Shown here piece by piece: positions 1 through 9,174 of a DNA stretch of 64,000 nucleotides (positions within the stretch are counted from its first letter, which is position 1; each line of letters opens with the position of its first letter). The stretch is taken from the sequence record SRR31156797_2722. One strand, given 5' to 3'. Position numbers and translations under genes: made by a program. The notes under the pieces were generated by a model that saw nothing but the letters and a program-made list of their open reading frames with translations, ran no database searches and was not told where the DNA came from.

Positions 1-184
1 GTAGACTTACTTACTTTATAATAGCTTAATACCTGATATCATGGTATATAATAATGCTAAAACTTAATCAAAAAGGATTAAATAGTTGTGTACACTTACT
101 TACATTTAAACATCACAGTACTGTGTAGGCTTACTTACTAGCCCTGTCGAGAGAAAGTTTATTAAACAAGTATCCTTACCTGGA
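1..184 (+). repeat. Iteron-like direct repeats GTAnnCTTACTTAC, putative replication origin
   Basis: gtagacttacttact (1-15), gtacacttacttaca (90-104), gtaggcttacttact (125-139) and a degenerate gtatccttacctgga (170-184). Perfect palindrome cacagtactgtg at 114-125. A very AT-rich tract follows up to the first ORF. The array may continue left of the window. Confidence 0.65.
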
Positions 185-384
185 TTTGAAAATCATAGTA
201 TAAATAACGATATATTCAACTATTAATGACTAATAAATCTAATCATATATTACAACTAAAAAAGATACCTTTAAATATTATGAAGAAACAAAATCATAAA
301 ATAGACATTGAATCAAATTTATCACTATAAAAAAGAGGAAACTTATAAAGTTTTATAACTTTTATTCATAATTTTTAGTTATGT

Positions 385-1641
385 TTGTCTCTGACAAACA
401 GTAAAAAATTAATGAGCAGGAATTCAAACATAGGACTTTCTCCAAACTTAGTTAGAGTTGACAAAAACGTTGCATATAATATTACTGATTTTTCATTGAT
501 AAATGATGAGTCTGGATTAATAAAATCATTGATTTATTATTTCTGTCATTCTTACCAAAATAATTTCTTTGGATATGGCGTATTGGATCCAATGAATTTT
601 GCAAAAACATTCAACTATACAACGAATTATCTTCAAGCAACAGTACAAAATCCAGCCCAATTTAAAGGAAAGTCTAAGAAGGAGATAACAGCAATGTTAA
701 AAGCTGAACAGGAAGATCCTTCTCAAAGAGTTTTTGACAGTAGATTAGAGAACGCATTATATATATTATCTACTCAACCGGTAAGTTTTTCTAATGAAGG
801 ACAGATTAGAGACTTCAATGAAGATACAGGATACTTCTATAGAAAGATTTCTTCCATGCTTTTTATTGAACAACTAGAAGTAAGATTTACGCGTCCTAAA
901 TCGGGGAGAGGTAAAGAAAAAATACTATACAATTATCAACTTAATAAAGAGTTTGTTAAAAATCTATCAACATTCTATTTAAAGGCAAATACAAATTCAT
1001 TTATCAAACTTAGAAAGGCTAATTTTGACGATCTATACATTCATCTAGTAACAGCTAGAACCAATCTAGCCGTTAAAAACGAACATATTTACCGTCCAAG
1101 ATTTGATCACCTTTGGTCAGTCTTAGGTAAACATAGGGAACAAAAAAGAGAACAAAAAAGAGAGCTTAAAAAAGCTTTGGAGAAGATACAGCAAGAAACG
1201 GAATTAGAATTTGAACTTACATGGGAAAAAAGTCCTAATTCCAGATTTGCATATCAACCTGTAATTAGCTTTGAAAGAACATTCGCCAACCCCAAAGTAA
1301 GAGAGGAAGCTCTTAAATTAGAGAGAAGGGAAGTTTTCGATCAAAACCTAATTCATGAAATGCTTGAGGTTTTAAAAAGTGTAAAACCTAGCAAATATTA
1401 CTCAGATGATAGAGAAAGAAATTTTCTTAATTGGATGCGAGATAATAAAGTCGATATTAGAGAGAAATCAGCTGCCTATGAACAAGCTCAACTTAAGACA
1501 TTTCTTAAAATTCCTAAACATATTGACGCTTATAAAAGAAGCTTTTTTAACAAGATTAAACCAGATTCTACTCTTAAGGAAATCTTTACTGATGTGAATA
1601 TTAACCATAATGCTCCAAAACAGGAATACATTATTGACTAA
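385..1641 (+). CDS. Probable plasmid/secondary-replicon replication initiator (Rep-like); otherwise hypothetical protein
   Basis: 418-aa Lys/Arg-rich ORF (TTG start; ATG at 412 is an alternative), no signal peptide, directly downstream of repeats and an AT-rich tract and next to a Toprim gene. The function is inferred from context, not from a diagnostic motif. Confidence 0.55.
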   Translation: MSLTNSKKLMSRNSNIGLSPNLVRVDKNVAYNITDFSLINDESGLIKSLIYYFCHSYQNNFFGYGVLDPMNFAKTFNYTTNYLQATVQNPAQFKGKSKKEITAMLKAEQEDPSQRVFDSRLENALYILSTQPVSFSNEGQIRDFNEDTGYFYRKISSMLFIEQLEVRFTRPKSGRGKEKILYNYQLNKEFVKNLSTFYLKANTNSFIKLRKANFDDLYIHLVTARTNLAVKNEHIYRPRFDHLWSVLGKHREQKREQKRELKKALEKIQQETELEFELTWEKSPNSRFAYQPVISFERTFANPKVREEALKLERREVFDQNLIHEMLEVLKSVKPSKYYSDDRERNFLNWMRDNKVDIREKSAAYEQAQLKTFLKIPKHIDAYKRSFFNKIKPDSTLKEIFTDVNINHNAPKQEYIID

Positions 1642-1668
1642 ATAATTAGGGTAGGAGAGGAGTTGATA

Positions 1669-2751
1669 TTATTTCCTACTTACTTCACCTAATAGTTCAG
1701 CATTCCAATCTTTAGCATTAGGTTTATCCAGGTATATCACATTTATAAGATCATTTTGACTTATTAATCGTTGTAGAGTCCATTTAAATATATCTTTGTT
1801 TTTCAATATTGTTGTTTCTCCCATTATTTTAACATTTACAGAGTTCTTATCAAATGAGATAATCTCAAATTGATTATCAGGAATAAAACAAGCTAATATT
1901 TTAAGATCATTCTTAAATCCTCCAAGATCATTGTCATTACATAAAGTAATAGAATCATATATGCCATTTTTAATTAAAGTATATAATCTTCTACACTGTG
2001 CATGACTAATAGTTCCAAATGAAGAAACATGAGTACTACCTTGATCTCCTTTTATTTGAAAATAAGAAAGATTATCAATAGGGTTTTCGGTAAGTATTAT
2101 GTTCCTATGAGATTTAAAGTAATTTGATACCCAGAAAGAGTCAACAACCTGACTTCCCAACGCCATTTTTTTTTCTTCTAAACTACGTAATTCCAAGCCG
2201 ACAACATCTTTTTCCCTTATGCAAGGAAAACCAGTCATAATAGATCCATAATTACTCATGGTTCTAAAACCATATTTATAACAATTAACTATACTACCAA
2301 AAAACAATGGATGCTCAATAACTTCCTTACGTATACCTCTCTTTAGTAAAAATGAATAATCTGTCAGTTCATGAGGTGAGTATAATTCATATTTGAATGA
2401 AACCTTTTCTATATCTTTTCTTTCATTCTTTATAACCATACCACTATCTAAACCTTCATCTAAAAGAGAGAATGCTTTCGCATAATCTTGTTTACTCTTA
2501 GACTCTGTGCTTAAGTATCCATGAATTCTATTTACAACAAAATTGATAATATTTCCCTTATCTTTAGAATCATTTAGATTTTGATAGATATATTTACCAG
2601 TTTTTCGGTGTTTTAGAACAAGTAATTTTTCTCCATTCTGTTCGTAAACCTTTTGACGCATTGTAGACTTTTCTGTATCCAATACATATCCAACTTTAGT
2701 AAGGTACTTTACTAGGTCTATTTTATCTATATAATAAAAAGCGTCCATCAC
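1669..2751 (-). CDS. Toprim-domain (DUF3991/Toprim-type) primase-like protein of Bacteroidota mobile elements
   Basis: Toprim motifs ILTENPIDNLSY (catalytic Glu) and LCNDNDLGG (DxD), C-terminal KDWNAEL, N-terminal DKGNIINFV and FLLKRGI segments. Confidence 0.85.
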   Translation of the reverse strand: MMDAFYYIDKIDLVKYLTKVGYVLDTEKSTMRQKVYEQNGEKLLVLKHRKTGKYIYQNLNDSKDKGNIINFVVNRIHGYLSTESKSKQDYAKAFSLLDEGLDSGMVIKNERKDIEKVSFKYELYSPHELTDYSFLLKRGIRKEVIEHPLFFGSIVNCYKYGFRTMSNYGSIMTGFPCIREKDVVGLELRSLEEKKMALGSQVVDSFWVSNYFKSHRNIILTENPIDNLSYFQIKGDQGSTHVSSFGTISHAQCRRLYTLIKNGIYDSITLCNDNDLGGFKNDLKILACFIPDNQFEIISFDKNSVNVKIMGETTILKNKDIFKWTLQRLISQNDLINVIYLDKPNAKDWNAELLGEVSRK

Positions 2752-2933
2752 TTAGTATAAAAAAGTATTTAATATATTTGTCCTATAGTTATGATTATGT
2801 TATTTATATACATATAAAAATATCCACACATAAGAATGGGAAATTTATACTTGCTTCTTAAAAAGACTTTTATAACTCATCTATCATTTCAATTACTTTC
2901 TTGATATAAAAAGAGCTCATGACTATTAAGTCT

Positions 2934-3230
2934 TTATATTAGAATTGCTGAATGCATAACTTTAGAATATATTGGTGTTTTTCGAAAATGTTTCTCCCAA
3001 TCTTTAAGCGTATACACAAACATACAAAGCGATATTCCTGTTTGTAATTCAACCTTATAACAGGCATCTAACAGCTTCTTTTCCATCGTCACATCAGTCC
3101 TATTCTTTGTTAAGACATACAACTGCCATTCTTTATTTTTTTCCTTATCATCAGGTATTAATAGTCTTAGTTCAGCATTAGGGCAATGGATTTCAAACTG
3201 ATATTTTATGTATGATTCCAATTTTTCCAT
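2934..3230 (-). CDS. Degenerate minimal nucleotidyltransferase (MNT)-like protein
   Basis: 98 aa. PNAE..., ELQTGISL.MFVYT.KDW and TPIYSKVM.SAILI resemble Bacteroidota MNT antitoxins, but the GSxARG and DxD motifs are missing. Confidence 0.6.
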   Translation of the reverse strand: MEKLESYIKYQFEIHCPNAELRLLIPDDKEKNKEWQLYVLTKNRTDVTMEKKLLDACYKVELQTGISLCMFVYTLKDWEKHFRKTPIYSKVMHSAILI

Positions 3231-3481
3231 TTTGCGAATTTAATACTAATTGTAAAAATATTTTACTTTCATATTATCCTTAATATACATTCCTATTTTT
3301 GAAATATGTAAATTTTTCAATCAACTCAACATTATTACTCCAATCACTATACATTCATTTTGCAAAATGATTTACAAGCCATACTATATATTAAAGATAT
3401 ATATTCTTATTACTTTTCCAATTAATATAATAATAAGCGAAGGGTATAAAAAACAAACTCATAAATGTTCATAATCCAATA

Positions 3482-3519
3482 AAACAAAAAAGCAGCTACA
3501 AACTAGTGTAACTGCTTTT
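3482..3519 (-). terminator. Intrinsic terminator
   Basis: Minus strand AAAAGCAGTTACA-ctagtt-TGTAGCTGCTTTT (13-bp stem, one G-U pair) running into a T-rich tail. Confidence 0.7.
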
Positions 3520-3582
3520 ATACTCATAGATCCTTAGGTTGAAGGACGAGCACACCACTTCACAAACTGCAATATTTCAAAA
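3483..3582 (-). ncRNA. Candidate structured small RNA or leader RNA
   Basis: TAnnTTTG match (TATTTTTG, 3595-3588), hairpin at 3521-3552, then a terminator. The G-U pairs form only on the minus strand. Confidence 0.35.
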
Positions 3583-3864
3583 TATTACAAAAATAAACGC
3601 ATGAAAAAACATTGGTTTTACTACTTAAAACGAATCATAATAAATGCATTGTTATAATCTTCACAACTATCTATATTTGTGTTAATTACGTAATACTTAT
3701 TCACTTTAGATATTTTAAAAGATTACATCAGTGATCATATCAAAACCCAAATTCTATACTATATATATTCGTTTACTAATGAAAATTACTTCACAATTTC
3801 AACAATAACATTACTCAATATTCAATCCTCCTGAACCTCTCCTTGTAATAAATGCATACACATG

Positions 3865-5154
3865 TTAGTATTTCATTAGTGCCTCACTCGCATTTCTTAT
3901 TATCATTTTTGTTGATTCATCTTTATCGTACACTCCATACCATCCTTGTAATTCGTGAGGTGGATCCCCAAGGAATGGATCTCCACACTTCCAAAATTCT
4001 CCTGGTCTATTGGGTCTAGCCTCACCACTATAACTCCAAAAATTAAATCCTCGCACAGGATATCCCTCTTGTACACTTTTAACTGTTTTATTAAGAATAT
4101 AAGTGAATATCTTATCTCTATACAAAGTTGTAGCAGATGGATAAAATGATGAACTATCGCGTGCAATACCAAACTCTTCCAATACGATAGGTTTGCTTAA
4201 TTTTATGGCAGCCTGAATATGATCATCCCAATACCCATCAATATTTGCAATAGCCTCAATATAAACAGAATCAGGATCACCCGGCTTAAACCATCCCCAG
4301 TTCTGAGGCCAAATGTGCATCGTAATATAATCTATATTTGGATCATCATTATCATGTAATACGTTTACTCCTGCCGCTTCACTTGCTGTATTACCTTCTG
4401 TACCCAGGCAAACCAGATGATTTACATCAATCGATTTAATAAAATTTGAAGTTTGTCTCGTCCATGCTCTGAATTGCTTTTGTTGATCAATTCCACGTGG
4501 TTCGTTTGCTAATTGCCAAGCCATTATGGTTGGGTCGTTTTTATATACCACTCCAGTTGCAGAATTTTTACGTTCAATTACCTTCAGAATGTGATTCTTA
4601 TACATTTCCTGGGCTATAGCATTAGAATAAAAACGTGCAGAATAAAGCTGAAACTCATCCCAGGAATTTCCTTCATCCTGAGGATAAGGCAAAGGAGAAT
4701 CGCCTGCCCAAATCAAATATTGCGGAAAACCTCCACTCCATGTCCAAAAGTTACTCAGTACCATCACAGCCTTCATATTTCGCTTAGCCATTTCTGCTAA
4801 AAGAAAATCAAGCCCCAGCCACAGGTCGTTATTATAAACACCTGGAGCTGTTTGTAAAGCAGGATGAACAGCATAACGCATCGCTGAATCAGCCTCGCTA
4901 CCTGCTAATATTCGAAGATTGGTCACTCCCATTTCTTTAAGCTGATCCAGTTCTCGAATTAATTGCTCTCGATTACCTGATTCAGGTGAACCAAGATTCA
5001 TTCCTTGCCAATAGTTAGCTCCTGCAAACGTATATAATTGACCGTCTAGTGTAAATACACCATTTTCTACTTTGACATATGAACTAAGATAATGTCGGTT
5101 TTTACAAGAAAGAACTGTAACAATGAGTAAAGTAAACCAGAATAATTTTTTCAT
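3865..5154 (-). CDS. GH5 beta-mannanase/beta-mannosidase (GH5_7-like), lipoprotein
   Basis: Acid/base motif WQLANEPR, nucleophile motif LEEFG, C-terminal GDPPHELQGWYGVYD, lipobox VLSC. Confidence 0.9.
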   Translation of the reverse strand: MKKLFWFTLLIVTVLSCKNRHYLSSYVKVENGVFTLDGQLYTFAGANYWQGMNLGSPESGNREQLIRELDQLKEMGVTNLRILAGSEADSAMRYAVHPALQTAPGVYNNDLWLGLDFLLAEMAKRNMKAVMVLSNFWTWSGGFPQYLIWAGDSPLPYPQDEGNSWDEFQLYSARFYSNAIAQEMYKNHILKVIERKNSATGVVYKNDPTIMAWQLANEPRGIDQQKQFRAWTRQTSNFIKSIDVNHLVCLGTEGNTASEAAGVNVLHDNDDPNIDYITMHIWPQNWGWFKPGDPDSVYIEAIANIDGYWDDHIQAAIKLSKPIVLEEFGIARDSSSFYPSATTLYRDKIFTYILNKTVKSVQEGYPVRGFNFWSYSGEARPNRPGEFWKCGDPFLGDPPHELQGWYGVYDKDESTKMIIRNASEALMKY

Positions 5155-5199
5155 GCTTAAATTTTCTTTTAGTAACCCTATGAAGCTCGCCTTTTAAAA

Positions 5200-6180
5200 T
5201 CATTGATAAACCTCAAGTAGTTTACAAGATAAACCTTGAAAGTTAAGTTTTACCATAGTAAATTTAGCAGGAATTAATATGACTTCTCCTGCTTCCAATA
5301 CTTCTACACCCAAATTTTCAGCTATAATTTGCAACTTTCCTTCCACACATATTAATACTACATAGCTATCCAATTCACTATAATCCCTATCTAAATCTGA
5401 TTCAAGATGAATTGTATTACAAGTAAAAAAGGGGCATTTCAGAAGCTCCTGGGCTTTATTCTTTTCTACCTCTTGTCTAATAATAGTGTTTGATACTGAT
5501 GAAAAACTCAATGCATCCAGTGCATCATCAATATGCAAATCTCTTTTGTTTCCATCTGTGTCATTTCTATCATAATCATATAGACGATAGGTTACATCAG
5601 AAGATTGTTGAATTTCCGCGACAAAAGCGCCCTTGCAAATGGCATGTATTCTACCTGCCGGAATATAAACAACATCGTCTTTTAAAACGTGATCGATGTT
5701 AAATAATTCTGCTATCGAATTGTTTAATAGCCTAGTTCTAACCTCCGAACTACTTGTCTCTCTATTAAAGCCATTAACCAAGGACGGTCTGTCCCTATCA
5801 TCCAACACATACCACATCTCAGATTTCCCAAAAGAATTATGTTTCCTTAACGCTAAATCATCATCTGGGTGGACTTGAATGGATAAGTCAGAACTTGCAT
5901 CAATAAACTTAATCAATAAAGGAAAGGTACTTCCAAACTGATTATATATTTTCTGACCAACGAGTTCTTCTTTAAATTCTTTAATTAAATTATCCAATGG
6001 TACTCCGCTCCAATCTCCATTGCACACTACTGAAACATTATTTGCAACCGTGGACAATTCCCAACTTTCACCAATATTATTTAAATCACCTTGATTTTTA
6101 CCTAGAAAGCTACTCAACTTTTGTCCACCCCAAATCTTTTCTTTTAAAATTGGAGTAAACTTGAAAGGATATAATGACAT
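5200..6180 (-). CDS. manA: Mannose-6-phosphate isomerase, type I
   Basis: KIWGG, GESWE, FPLLIKFIDA..DLSIQVHPDD, GRIHA, EIQQSSDVTYRLYDY. Confidence 0.95.
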   Translation of the reverse strand: MSLYPFKFTPILKEKIWGGQKLSSFLGKNQGDLNNIGESWELSTVANNVSVVCNGDWSGVPLDNLIKEFKEELVGQKIYNQFGSTFPLLIKFIDASSDLSIQVHPDDDLALRKHNSFGKSEMWYVLDDRDRPSLVNGFNRETSSSEVRTRLLNNSIAELFNIDHVLKDDVVYIPAGRIHAICKGAFVAEIQQSSDVTYRLYDYDRNDTDGNKRDLHIDDALDALSFSSVSNTIIRQEVEKNKAQELLKCPFFTCNTIHLESDLDRDYSELDSYVVLICVEGKLQIIAENLGVEVLEAGEVILIPAKFTMVKLNFQGLSCKLLEVYQ

Positions 6181-6198
6181 CTGTTTTATCTGAATTAA

Positions 6199-7413
6199 TT
6201 AGTTCTTTTTCGGTGTTAACTTAACCATTAATACATCATGAAGTCCAATAGTAGCTTTTAATGGCTTTGACGTATAGCCTAAATCCTTATGGTTATATAA
6301 ATCCCTTATTTCGAAAGTAATCTCTTTGAAATTGATAAATCTCTGATTAATATCATCACCCATTTCATGTTTTAGCCAATTAAAATCCAATTCTGCATCA
6401 TTATCATTCATATTAATAAATGCAATGGCCCATTCATTATTACTTAAGGGTTTAATCCATGTTTCAATCTTATGCTCATCGCTAAACCTAAATCCTTGAA
6501 TACCCAGTGAATCCTGATTAACCGCAACTACTTCCTCATTGCTTAATGTTTTTATCGTTTCTACGCTTGCTTTTCTTATATCATTACCCATAATTAAAGG
6601 TGTTGCTAGCATAGACCACATAGCAAAGTGACTGCGATTTTCAGCATCAGAAAATTCATTCCCAACCTCCATCATATCAAAATCATTCCAATGTCCTGGT
6701 CCGGCATATTTACGAATATCCTTACGCATGTTCACAATCTTCCACATACCCCAGGAAGACCATGAACCATGACCAACTTCACAATCCCAGCAATTAATAA
6801 TATCACCTGTTACTCTCCAAAGATGTCCCATTTCTTTTCCCCATTCCCAGGGTTTGTTATCTCCCCATTCACAAATACTAAAAACTATTTGGCGACCTGT
6901 TGCATAAAGCGCATCCCTCATCGTATGATATGCTCCTTTGGCATTTAAATTCTCAGTATTACACCAGTCATACTTCAGGTAATCCACACCCCATTCAGCA
7001 TAACTTTGAGCATCCATATATTCATGTCCTCTACTTCCGGGGTAGCCTCCACAGGTTTTACTTCCTGCACAATTATAGATGCCAAACTTCAATCCTTTTG
7101 AATGGATATAATCTCCCAATGCCTTCATTCCGCTTGGGAAACGCTTCGGATCACCATATAGCTTACCTTCTTCATTTCTTTCTTTAGCCATCCATCCATC
7201 ATCCAGATTAAGATAAACATAACCGGCATCTCTTAACCCAAGTTCAACCATAGCATCTGCAACCTCTTTAATTAAATCTTCATTAATATCGCAGCCAAAT
7301 GTATTCCAACTGTTCCAGCCCATAGGAGGGGTTAATGCAAGTCCTTTAAATTTTTGACTATTTCCGATTATACAAATCGCTACCAATAATGCGATCATTA
7401 TATATTTATTCAT
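6199..7413 (-). CDS. GH27 alpha-galactosidase
   Basis: LALTPPMGWNSWN, NLDDGW, DYLKYDWC, WRVTGDI, WNDFDM; signal peptide. Confidence 0.95.
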   Translation of the reverse strand: MNKYIMIALLVAICIIGNSQKFKGLALTPPMGWNSWNTFGCDINEDLIKEVADAMVELGLRDAGYVYLNLDDGWMAKERNEEGKLYGDPKRFPSGMKALGDYIHSKGLKFGIYNCAGSKTCGGYPGSRGHEYMDAQSYAEWGVDYLKYDWCNTENLNAKGAYHTMRDALYATGRQIVFSICEWGDNKPWEWGKEMGHLWRVTGDIINCWDCEVGHGSWSSWGMWKIVNMRKDIRKYAGPGHWNDFDMMEVGNEFSDAENRSHFAMWSMLATPLIMGNDIRKASVETIKTLSNEEVVAVNQDSLGIQGFRFSDEHKIETWIKPLSNNEWAIAFINMNDNDAELDFNWLKHEMGDDINQRFINFKEITFEIRDLYNHKDLGYTSKPLKATIGLHDVLMVKLTPKKN

Positions 7414-7439
7414 TATTCTATATTTTTATAAAAGTTATA

Positions 7440-8819
7440 TTATCCATTTTTTCTTTTTAAAGAAAGCTCATTGCTAATAGCAAGCATATATCTATCGGTA
7501 AGTTTATATAGCAGAAGTAAAGCTCCTGATAATCCTGCTGTAATTCCAGGAAACACACTTATCATTAAACGAATACCTTCCAATGACTTAGCTGTTTGTT
7601 CTGCATTTGCTTCAAAACCGTAGGCTCCAAGAATATATAAAGGAAGAACCCCTCCTGCCATTAATCCTAATTTTTGAGACATGGAAGAAGATGAAAATAA
7701 TAGTCCCGTTGCCCTTCGTCCTGTTTTCCATTCTGAATAATCAGCAATATCTGCATACATAGACCATACTAAGGGTAGCACAATTCCTGCACTAATGCCA
7801 TTGATTAAGTTCAATGCAAAAATTAAAAATACTTGTTGTGGGTTGAGCCAATACAGCAAAATACTCAACATCCCAGATAAAAACATAGCGATTATAAATG
7901 TCGTTTTTTTTCCAATCTTGCTTGACACTGGAATAGCTAATAAAACACCCAACATATTGGCCACTAACCAAATGGTCATATAGGCTCCAGACAATTTACC
8001 CCAACTTACATCCCCAAAAACAGGTAACGATTGATCCTGTACAAAGTACTTAAAGTAATACATAATACTGGATTCCCTAAATGTTAAAAACACAAGCATT
8101 AACACGCCTGCTCCCAGCATTATAAACCATTGTGCATTTTTAGCCAGATCTTTTAAATCACTCCATACAGAATTATTTTCTTTAATGGCTTTAACATGCT
8201 CTTTAGTCCATAGATAAGTCATTATAAAAAAGAAAATTGCTACAAGAGCATAAATGGTAACCATATATTGGTAACTTTTTGCATCATTTGCTCCTATGCT
8301 TTTAAATATCTCAATAATGTATGGAGCAGATGCTGTCATAGCAATTCCTCCGGAATAGGCACCAATAAATCTAAAAGAAGCTAAACTGGTTCTTTCTTTA
8401 GGATTATCCGTCATTACGGCCATTAAAGAACCATATGGAACATTAATAGCAGTATAAACCATCATCATTAACGTATAGGTGATGTAGGCATAAATTAATT
8501 TACCTGTAGGACTAAATCCGGGTACCGAAAACGTAAGTACGCCAATAATTCCAAACGGTATAGCAACCCAGAGTAAATAAGGACGAAACTTCCCTTTTGA
8601 TGTATTTGTCCTATCAGAAATAACCCCCATCAAAGGATCATTTAGTCCATCCCATAGACGTACCATTATAAACATAAACGCCACTGATTCCGGTGATAAT
8701 TCTACTATATCGGTATAGAAGAATGTCAGGTACATGGCAAATATTTTCCAAAACATTGATGATGCAAAATCACCAAAGCCGTAACCTATTTTTTCTTTAA
8801 CATGAAGTTTTTGTGACAT
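7440..8819 (-). CDS. GPH-family MFS sugar:cation symporter (manno-oligosaccharide uptake)
   Basis: EKIGYGFGD, WDGLNDPLMG..SDRT, GKFRPYL, DIADYSEWKTGRR; about 12 hydrophobic segments. Confidence 0.93.
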   Translation of the reverse strand: MSQKLHVKEKIGYGFGDFASSMFWKIFAMYLTFFYTDIVELSPESVAFMFIMVRLWDGLNDPLMGVISDRTNTSKGKFRPYLLWVAIPFGIIGVLTFSVPGFSPTGKLIYAYITYTLMMMVYTAINVPYGSLMAVMTDNPKERTSLASFRFIGAYSGGIAMTASAPYIIEIFKSIGANDAKSYQYMVTIYALVAIFFFIMTYLWTKEHVKAIKENNSVWSDLKDLAKNAQWFIMLGAGVLMLVFLTFRESSIMYYFKYFVQDQSLPVFGDVSWGKLSGAYMTIWLVANMLGVLLAIPVSSKIGKKTTFIIAMFLSGMLSILLYWLNPQQVFLIFALNLINGISAGIVLPLVWSMYADIADYSEWKTGRRATGLLFSSSSMSQKLGLMAGGVLPLYILGAYGFEANAEQTAKSLEGIRLMISVFPGITAGLSGALLLLYKLTDRYMLAISNELSLKRKNG

Positions 8820-8879
8820 AATATTTTAATTTACAGCGCACTAACAACCTTACATTTATCATTTTTATTGTAGTAATTA

Positions 8880-9107
8880 TCAATCGCATTCTGTAATCTG
8901 TGAGTTTATGGTATAACTTACACAATCTTTAGTTCTCAGATTTATGACAACCAACAAAAAGGTATAAATATTTGATGTTTCATGGAGTTCTATTTCCTTT
9001 TGTGGTTTACCCGAAAATAAACACAATCCGTTTTCTGAAAATACACTAACACGCACTATATCTTCCATTCTGGAAATAATAATTTTCTGACCATCCAAGC
9101 AAACCAT
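8880..9107 (-). CDS. Small hypothetical protein, possibly a gene remnant
   Basis: 75-aa ATG ORF, co-oriented with and filling the gap between the epimerase and MFS genes. Confidence 0.3.
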   Translation of the reverse strand: MVCLDGQKIIISRMEDIVRVSVFSENGLCLFSGKPQKEIELHETSNIYTFLLVVINLRTKDCVSYTINSQITECD

Positions 9108-9174
9108 TTGTATCTATTTAAATTAGAACCTACTACAACCCTTCACGAAAAGATTATCTTAACAAATAATCATA

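Noticed and set aside
1-184. CRISPR array interpretation of the repeats
   Set aside because: Repeats are only about 15 bp and irregularly spaced, and there are no cas genes in the window
2166-2174. A9 run in the Toprim gene as a frameshift site
   Set aside because: The ORF is intact and A runs are common at this AT content
2820-2828. DnaA-box-like ATATCCACA
   Set aside because: A single one-mismatch copy, far from the repeats
226-2933. 13/15 match between atgactaataaatct (226) and atgactattaagtct (2919) as att sites or a shared operator
   Set aside because: A match of this quality is plausible by chance in very AT-rich DNA, and no integrase is present
3488-3560. tRNA or tRNA-derived attachment site next to the hairpin
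   Set aside because: No TTCGA T-loop and no cloverleaf can be built
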